From an uncultured delta proteobacterium (GTDB lineage Bacteria > Myxococcota_A > Polyangia > Polyangiales > Polyangiaceae), in NCBI GenBank assembly GCA_963782055.1, contig CAWAIF010000002.1, forward strand, positions 416,001-480,000: 64,000 nt of DNA, read 5' to 3'. This document shows positions 60,179-64,000 of this stretch, one piece after another (within the stretch, counting starts at the first letter, position 1; each line of letters begins with the position of its first letter). The notes beneath the pieces were generated by a model. The model was not told where the DNA came from, did no database searches, and saw only the letters and a list, made by a program, of their open reading frames with translations. The position numbers were made by a program, and so were the translations under genes.

Positions 60179-60838
60179 ATGACCACCCCCGTGCATCGAC
60201 CCTCCGACGCTCTGGGCGCGGCGCATGCTCGCGTCGAGCCGAGCCGGGTGAGCAGCTACGTGATGATGGGCGCGCTCGCCGGCGCGGTCGCGCTGCCCTT
60301 CGTCCCCGGCTCGCTGACGGTGCGCGTGCGCGGTGCGCTGCTGTACGACGTCGCCTCGCGCTACGGGCTCTCCATCACCCCCGACGCGCGGCGCGTGCTC
60401 TCCGCGCCCGGCCTCGCCGAGGGTCCGCAGGGGCTCGTCGGCGCGGCGGTGCGCTTCGCCACCACGCGTGTCTTCGCGCGTCTCGGTCCGCTCACCGTCA
60501 TCCCGCCCATCCGCAGCGCCATCTTCACCTTCGCGCTGGGCCACCTCTTCGAGCGGTATCTCTCCACGCAGCGCGAGTCGCGCGCGGTGCGGGTGGACGA
60601 GACGGAGGCGCGCCGCGTGCGTCGCGCCGTCGATCACGCCATCGTCGGGCTGGTCAGCACGCCCGCCCGCCCGGAGGATCGCACCGAGGCGGCGCCGGAG
60701 GAGCTGCGCGATCAGATCACCCAGGCCACTGACGGCTTGCTGGTGATCGCCGCCGGGCTCCCCGCCTGGATCGTGCGGCGTCTGGACGCGGCGTTCGACG
60801 CGGCCATGGCCGAGGGCGCGCCTCCCACGGGGGGCTGA
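60179..60838 (+). CDS. Hypothetical protein (DUF697-like)
   Basis: GALAGAVALPFVP...RGALLYDVASRYGLS; good codon bias. Confidence 0.65.
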   Translation: MTTPVHRPSDALGAAHARVEPSRVSSYVMMGALAGAVALPFVPGSLTVRVRGALLYDVASRYGLSITPDARRVLSAPGLAEGPQGLVGAAVRFATTRVFARLGPLTVIPPIRSAIFTFALGHLFERYLSTQRESRAVRVDETEARRVRRAVDHAIVGLVSTPARPEDRTEAAPEELRDQITQATDGLLVIAAGLPAWIVRRLDAAFDAAMAEGAPPTGG

Positions 60839-60848
60839 CCCGCGCTCG

Positions 60849-61949
60849 ATGCCCCGCCCCCGCCGTCCCGCTCACCAGGGAGGACCGCGCGCGCGCGTGC
60901 GCAACGCGACGCGCGTCGTCGTGAAGGTGGGCTCCAGCACCCTCGCGCGGGACCCCCACGCCATCCGGCGGCTCGCCTCCGCCGTCGCCGTGCTGCGCGC
61001 GCAGGGCAGGCAGGTCGTGCTCGTCTCCAGCGGGGCGATCGCCCTCGGCTTCAGGAAGCTCGGCTACAAGACGCGGCCGAAGGAGACGGCCAAGCTGCAG
61101 GCCTCCGCCGCCGCCGGGCAGAGCTCGCTCATGCGCGCCTACGAGGACGCCTTCGAGGCGCTCGGGTTGCCGGTCGCGCAGGTGCTGCTCACCCACGCAG
61201 ACCTGGCCGAGCGCACGCGCGTCCAGAACGCGCGCGCCGCGCTGGCCGCGCTCCTCGCCGCGGGCGCCGTGCCGGTGCTCAACGAGAACGACTCGGTCGC
61301 GGTGGACGAGATCAAGTTCGGCGACAACGACCAGCTCGCGGCGATGGTCACGCCGCTGGTCGACGGCGAGCTGCTGCTGCTCCTCTCCGACGTGGAGGGC
61401 CTGCTGGACCCGCGCGGGCAGCGCGTGCCGGTGGTGAACGACGCGCGCGAGGTGGCCGGCTTCGTCAAGAAGTCGACGGGCGGGCTGGGCGCCGGCGGGA
61501 TGCACGGCAAGGTGGAGGCGGCGCGTCGCGCGGCGCTGGCGGGGGCCGACGTCATCATCGCCCACGCGGGCCGGGACGGCGTCATCGAGGCGGCGGCCGC
61601 CGGTGAGGACGTGGGGACCCTCTTCCCTGCCGCCGCCGAGCGCATGAGCGCGCGCCGGTCGTGGATCGCCTTCACCCTGCGGCCGCGCGGGGACGTGGTG
61701 CTGGACGCCGGCGCGGTGCGTGCGCTTCACGCCGACAAGAGCGTGCTCCTGGTGGGCGTGCTGGGCGTGCGCGGCACCTTCCGCCCCGGTGACGCCGTGC
61801 GGGTGCTCTCCCCCGAGGGCCAGGAGGTGGGGCGCGGCCTCGCCCGCCTGGGCGCCGAGGACGCCGCGCGCGAGGCGGGCAAGAAGACCGAGGGCGCCGC
61901 CGGCGTGCTCGTCCACAAGGACGAGCTGGTGGTCTGGCCGGAGGGCTAG
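60849..61949 (+). CDS. proB: Glutamate 5-kinase with PUA domain
   Basis: VVVKVGSS, LVSSGAIA, AAAGQ, PVLNENDSV, FGDNDQL and GGMHGK. Confidence 0.96.
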   Translation: MPRPRRPAHQGGPRARVRNATRVVVKVGSSTLARDPHAIRRLASAVAVLRAQGRQVVLVSSGAIALGFRKLGYKTRPKETAKLQASAAAGQSSLMRAYEDAFEALGLPVAQVLLTHADLAERTRVQNARAALAALLAAGAVPVLNENDSVAVDEIKFGDNDQLAAMVTPLVDGELLLLLSDVEGLLDPRGQRVPVVNDAREVAGFVKKSTGGLGAGGMHGKVEAARRAALAGADVIIAHAGRDGVIEAAAAGEDVGTLFPAAAERMSARRSWIAFTLRPRGDVVLDAGAVRALHADKSVLLVGVLGVRGTFRPGDAVRVLSPEGQEVGRGLARLGAEDAAREAGKKTEGAAGVLVHKDELVVWPEG

Positions 61950-64000
61950 GGGGTCGGAGGCGGGCCTTCCTCGGGGCCGCGATCGCCTGGGGCCTTGTCC
62001 AGGTCGGTCGGGAGCTGCCCGCGCGCCTGCACGTCGGAGGCGGAGGTGAGCAGGTCGGGCTTCACCGCCGCGTCGATGGCGCGACCGCTCACCGCGCCGT
62101 GGCACGCGGCGCACAGGCCGTCGAAGAACTGCGTGCGGAAGGACTGGTGCGAGTACTCGCCCGGCGAGAAGGACATGGCCTCGCGCTGGTAGCGGGGGTA
62201 GCCGTTCTTCTTCGACTCGGCGGTGTCGGGGAGGTGCAGCACGATGGGCAGGCCGCCGGGGATGAGGAAGCTCGCCGACTTGTCGTCGTTGAGGTTGACC
62301 GTCCCGAGCAGGCGCCGGCGCACGTACACCTGGCCGTAGTCGTCCTTGACGACGTTGCTGCCGCCGGCGCCGAAGCTGGTCACGCTGAGCGGAGGCGGCA
62401 TGTCCTCGTAGACGTCGAAGTGGTCGAGGTCGGGCTCCACCGCCCGCCCCGTCGGCGTGTTCTGGAAGAGCAGCGAGCCGAGGATGCCCATGTCGAGCAC
62501 CTCGATGGCGGCCTCCGGGCGATCCGGGTGCTGCAGCTTGTCGAAGGGCAGCACCGAGGTGTTGCCGTTGGGCTCGTCGATCGTCGAGGCGAAGATGCCG
62601 TGCGAGGCGCGGCCGAAGACGGCGACAGCCTGGATATCCGCCTTGCCTGCGGCGCCGAAGAGCTTGACCTTCGTGCCGTCGATGGGGTCGACCTGGTAGA
62701 CGTCGTAGTCACCGTTGAAGGTGGCCGGATCCCCGGGGCCGTAGCTCACCAGGATGTGATCGTCGGGGAGCACCGCCGGCGACATGTACGTGCCGCTGGA
62801 GGGCTTGCCGGTGTCCGGCGCGTCGATGAACTTCAGCGAGTGCAGGAAGAAGCTCGGCTCCGGCGAGCTCGGCGCGTTGGGATCGATGACGCCCTGGTCA
62901 ATCGGGTAGTCGGTGGCGTCCTGGCTCTTGAAGTCGATGCCCAGCGAACGGTTGAAGATGCCGAGCGCGCCGCCCTGGTGCGGGTAGTTCTGCTCGCTGA
63001 AGATGGCGGCGAAGTCCTTGTCGGACAGCTCGGCCACCTGCGAGGCCTCGTGGAAGCCGATGGACCCGCGCTGCGCGAAGAGGGGGTGGTAGTCGCCGCC
63101 GTCCAGGTTCTCGCGGCGAAGCGCGAGCTGGTAGAAGTTGGGCGCCCGCTTCTCGACCGTCATGATGATGCGGCCGTCCGCCATGAAGTTGGGGTACCGC
63201 TCCACGTTGAGCTGGAAGGTGAGCTGGCGGATGCGGTGCTTGCCCGCGTTCGCAGGGTCGGGCTCCCAGACGAAGAGGTCGGCGTTGGGCTTCGTGGGGT
63301 CCGCCGGCGTGCGCTGCGTGCCCTGGTAGTCGAAGCTGGGGTTGGTCGGGTCGTTGCCGCGCGTCGACGAGAAGACGATGCTCTCGGTGCCGTCGGGCCC
63401 GGGCGGGCTGTAGACGGGGTCGAAGTTGTGCACCAGCAGGCCGTTGCTCGTCGTCTGGCCGGCGTTGATCTCGGCGTGCTTCTGGCAACCTGTGCCGTCC
63501 CCGTTCATCTCGTAGATGGCGAGCGGCTCGGAGGCGCTGGCGCGGGCGGCGAAGGCCACCTTCGCGCCGTCCCAGGAGACCGCCGGGCGCTTGATGTCCG
63601 CGGTCGACGGGTCCAGGCCGCAGCCCGCCGTCAGCGACGTCTCGGCGCCGGGCACCACGTTGCCGGTGGCGTCGAGCGTGGCCTGGACCATGCGCAGGTC
63701 GGAGCCGGGGGCGTAGACATCGAAGTCCTGCGGGCGGTCCGAGCCGCTGGGGATGTCGCGCTGCACGTAGATGATCGCGCTCAGCGGGGCGAGCGTGCGC
63801 GCGGCGCGCTCGCGCCGGTGCCACTCGCGGATCATGCAGAACGCCGGGACCTTGTCGACGTTGTTGTCGTAGTCGTAGCTGGCGTCGAAGCCGGCGGCGT
63901 CGCACGCCGCGCCGGAGGCCGGCGTCCCGCCGAAGTCCTCGAAGAGCGGCCCGCCGCGGTGCGCGATGCCCCGACCGCCGGGGAAGAGCGCCGGGCGGTA
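61946..64000 (-). CDS. Large PD40/TolB-like beta-propeller protein with C-terminal CXXCH (5' end outside the window)
   Basis: Frame is open to 64000; PAVSWDGAKVAF, NFDPVYSP and RQLTF..N.E.YP.FMADGRI repeats; GLCAACHG. Confidence 0.8.
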   Translation of the reverse strand, partial: YRPALFPGGRGIAHRGGPLFEDFGGTPASGAACDAAGFDASYDYDNNVDKVPAFCMIREWHRRERAARTLAPLSAIIYVQRDIPSGSDRPQDFDVYAPGSDLRMVQATLDATGNVVPGAETSLTAGCGLDPSTADIKRPAVSWDGAKVAFAARASASEPLAIYEMNGDGTGCQKHAEINAGQTTSNGLLVHNFDPVYSPPGPDGTESIVFSSTRGNDPTNPSFDYQGTQRTPADPTKPNADLFVWEPDPANAGKHRIRQLTFQLNVERYPNFMADGRIIMTVEKRAPNFYQLALRRENLDGGDYHPLFAQRGSIGFHEASQVAELSDKDFAAIFSEQNYPHQGGALGIFNRSLGIDFKSQDATDYPIDQGVIDPNAPSSPEPSFFLHSLKFIDAPDTGKPSSGTYMSPAVLPDDHILVSYGPGDPATFNGDYDVYQVDPIDGTKVKLFGAAGKADIQAVAVFGRASHGIFASTIDEPNGNTSVLPFDKLQHPDRPEAAIEVLDMGILGSLLFQNTPTGRAVEPDLDHFDVYEDMPPPLSVTSFGAGGSNVVKDDYGQVYVRRRLLGTVNLNDDKSASFLIPGGLPIVLHLPDTAESKKNGYPRYQREAMSFSPGEYSHQSFRTQFFDGLCAACHGAVSGRAIDAAVKPDLLTSASDVQARGQLPTDLDKAPGDRGPEEGPPPTP

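Overview
This is a very high-GC chromosomal window, most likely from Myxococcota (Polyangiaceae-like), judged from the mglBA operon and the many Cys/Pro-rich lipoproteins. It is dense in housekeeping genes: queD, mglA/mglB, kbl, a tdh-like SDR, pepQ, a ppgK-like kinase, prfC, folE, mlaE, cysS, dnaA, miaE, proB and two tRNA-Ser genes. Five signals stand out. (1) A ~2.2 kb stretch (about 15430-17619) has no credible ORF, is packed with + strand GNRA/UUCG-capped hairpins and ends in an intrinsic terminator, so it is a candidate very large structured non-coding RNA. An AT-rich region with DnaA boxes precedes it. (2) Two ~740 bp near-identical MarR-gene cassettes in inverted orientation bracket a 7.35 kb segment that contains mglBA. 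(3) A dispersed 22 bp palindrome occurs about 13 times, including a regularly spaced three-copy mini-array and one copy in each MarR cassette. (4) There is a candidate sigma54-driven small RNA. (5) There is also an unannotated 43 aa very basic ORF, an apparently circularly permuted esterase, and a dnaA gene detached from its usual neighbours. All calls come from manual reading and motif recognition; no searches or folding programs were run.
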